This document shows positions 62,434-64,000 of a stretch of DNA of 64,000 nucleotides, in pieces. The notes under the pieces are model-generated. The model made no database searches. It was not told the origin of the DNA and saw nothing but the letters and a program-made list of their open reading frames with translations. Both the position numbers and the translations under genes were made by a program. Positions within the stretch are counted from its first letter, which is position 1. Each line of letters begins with the position of its first letter. Location of the stretch: positions 384,001 to 448,000 of the forward strand of contig OZ241857.1 in the NCBI GenBank assembly GCA_965203315.1, given 5' to 3'. Source of the DNA: Nitrosopumilus sp. (GTDB lineage: Archaea > Thermoproteota > Nitrososphaeria > Nitrososphaerales > Nitrosopumilaceae).

Positions 62434-63902
62434 GGTTCTTTTAACTTATCGGGGGGTAGTAAATTGACAAATTTGACACTAAATTTTAGAAATAACGAAT
62501 CATGTATTAAAATATAGAAAAATAATAGAGAATAATTGCAAACTGGTTGTTTGTGATTTAAAATTATGACACACTAGTTGGCAAGAGCTGCATTTTCAAT
62601 CAATATGCGCCATTTATTGTCACCTTGTATTACAATTCCAGCTTTTTCAGCTGGCGTGTTTCCATTTAAACTACTATGCGGCCTTATGAAATTATAATTT
62701 ATCCACATGCCCTCAAAAAATGGACTAGAGGTTGTTTTCAAACCTCTGAGAACTTTTTCACGGTCTCTTATACTGCCGTTAAAGCGTTCTTGTTTGTTGT
62801 TGTTTTTTCTTTTCTTTTGCATGTGAATCTCTTTAATGTGTGTGGGCTTTTTAATTGCAGATTTAAACGCGTTTTTGATGGCAAAGGGATACACTGGCGA
62901 ACCATCAGATACCACTTTGCTAGGAACCATTCTTGTAATTTGTTGAGCAGAATTAAACATTTTGATTGCATTGTGTCCCTCTTTTGTATCGCCTAGTTCA
63001 TATGAAATAAAAAATCTTGTAGTACTATCAGTTATTGCAAAGAGCCATTTTATCTCACCATTGATCTTGACGTACATCTCATCTGTGTGCCATTTTATCC
63101 CAACCTTTGGTGAAAACTTTGACAAATATGCATGTATTAGTTTAGTGTATTTTACGACCCATTTGTATATGGAAACAAAGGACACTTTACATCCTTGTCG
63201 TTTAAAACACTGTTCAATAGCGACAAAAGACATTCCTGAAAAATACAAGTCTATGGCCAAAGTTATCCATTTGGGATCAACTCTAGCTCGCTCAAATCCT
63301 ACATTGCCACAGAATTCTCTGTTACATTTTAGGCATTCATACCTCTGAACGTCACCGCTTTTGTTATGACGTATACCATTTTTGCGAAATTTTCTTAATT
63401 TGCAATGCGTGCAACGAATAATCTCTGCAGGTTTAATTTTAATTTTCTTTATCAGGTTTTTTAAAAATTCAATAACCAACAAGACATGTTTGCACAAATG
63501 TTTTCGAACTCTAATACCATTGCAGGAACAACACCAACAAGATTTATCTTTTTTAATTTTATACGTTTTATTCTCTTGTTTGGATTTAACTGTATAGCGA
63601 TTGTTCCTTCTCGCTTTAATTGAGTACTTGTCGCTAACGATTTTTTCTATCTGCATTAATTCTTGCTCCATAATTACCTCAAAATCGATACCATATATAG
63701 ATCTTTCGGAATAAATCTACTATTTCAAAAATATTTTACTGCCAATATGTAAAAAATCTTAATTACAAAAACACGTGTGCGATTTTTATTAGATGAAATA
63801 ACACACGATATCGAAAAACAAGGTCGTTATGAAATTTTAACACTCAACTCGCTGATTAAAAACACCAAAAACAACGTCATCCCCCGTTAAGTTAAAAGAA
63901 CC
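62434..63902 (-). mobile_element. IS6-family insertion sequence, intact
   Basis: TIR GGTTCTTTTAACTTA(T/A)CGGGGG; 8-bp TSD CAGATAAG at 62426-62433 and 63903-63910. Confidence 0.92.
62574..63671 (-). CDS. IS6-like transposase with SWIM finger and zinc ribbon
   Basis: WCCSC..CKH, CTHC..CLKC, WHTDE, VSDG, NNKQERFNG, YNFIRPH. Confidence 0.9.
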   Translation of the reverse strand: MEQELMQIEKIVSDKYSIKARRNNRYTVKSKQENKTYKIKKDKSCWCCSCNGIRVRKHLCKHVLLVIEFLKNLIKKIKIKPAEIIRCTHCKLRKFRKNGIRHNKSGDVQRYECLKCNREFCGNVGFERARVDPKWITLAIDLYFSGMSFVAIEQCFKRQGCKVSFVSIYKWVVKYTKLIHAYLSKFSPKVGIKWHTDEMYVKINGEIKWLFAITDSTTRFFISYELGDTKEGHNAIKMFNSAQQITRMVPSKVVSDGSPVYPFAIKNAFKSAIKKPTHIKEIHMQKKRKNNNKQERFNGSIRDREKVLRGLKTTSSPFFEGMWINYNFIRPHSSLNGNTPAEKAGIVIQGDNKWRILIENAALAN

Positions 63903-64000
63903 CAGATAAGCGATTAACCATCTACCATCAGGTAGTTGTTTCCAGTCTACATGCCATAAAGAGTTGGAATGTTTACGCTCATATCGCACAAATTTGCGTT

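Larger units (their letters stand above)
60482..64000 (-). pseudogene. IS481-family transposase interrupted twice; 5' end lies outside the window
   Basis: Rejoined: RYERKHSNSLWHVDWK..IAYL|DDASRF..ILTDHGTQF..PQTNGKVERLFGEVE|RKYP..WYNYERIHMSL..TP. Confidence 0.9.

Overview
Archaeal chromosome segment, most likely a thaumarchaeote of the Nitrosopumilaceae. Evidence: ribosomal gene order without L2, zinc-ribbon aRF1 and thaumarchaeal-type hypothetical genes; a secreted serpin and TPR protein hint at host association. Bases 1-8355 hold the minus-strand S10/spc ribosomal protein cluster. The rest is an IS-rich accessory and defence region with a few core genes. The main candidate system is an apparently intact seven-gene, same-strand cluster (16726-27625). 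It joins an SspABCD-like DNA phosphorothioation module (cysteine desulfurase, DUF4007, large P-loop ATPase, PAPS-reductase-like) to a PLD-type nuclease, an SF2 helicase and a MORC/GHKL ATPase, with no recognisable SspE, SspFGH, DndFGH or PglZ. Other contents: a transposase-less IS6-ended cassette carrying a PIN toxin-antitoxin pair; nested IS elements with readable TIRs and target duplications; three MITE types; a GATC-containing promoter shared by transposases of three IS families; at least five restriction-modification modules, mostly decayed; an atypical tyrosine integrase; and VirB6-like conjugation remnants. No rRNA, tRNA or CRISPR array was seen. All family calls come from motifs recognised by eye, not database searches.
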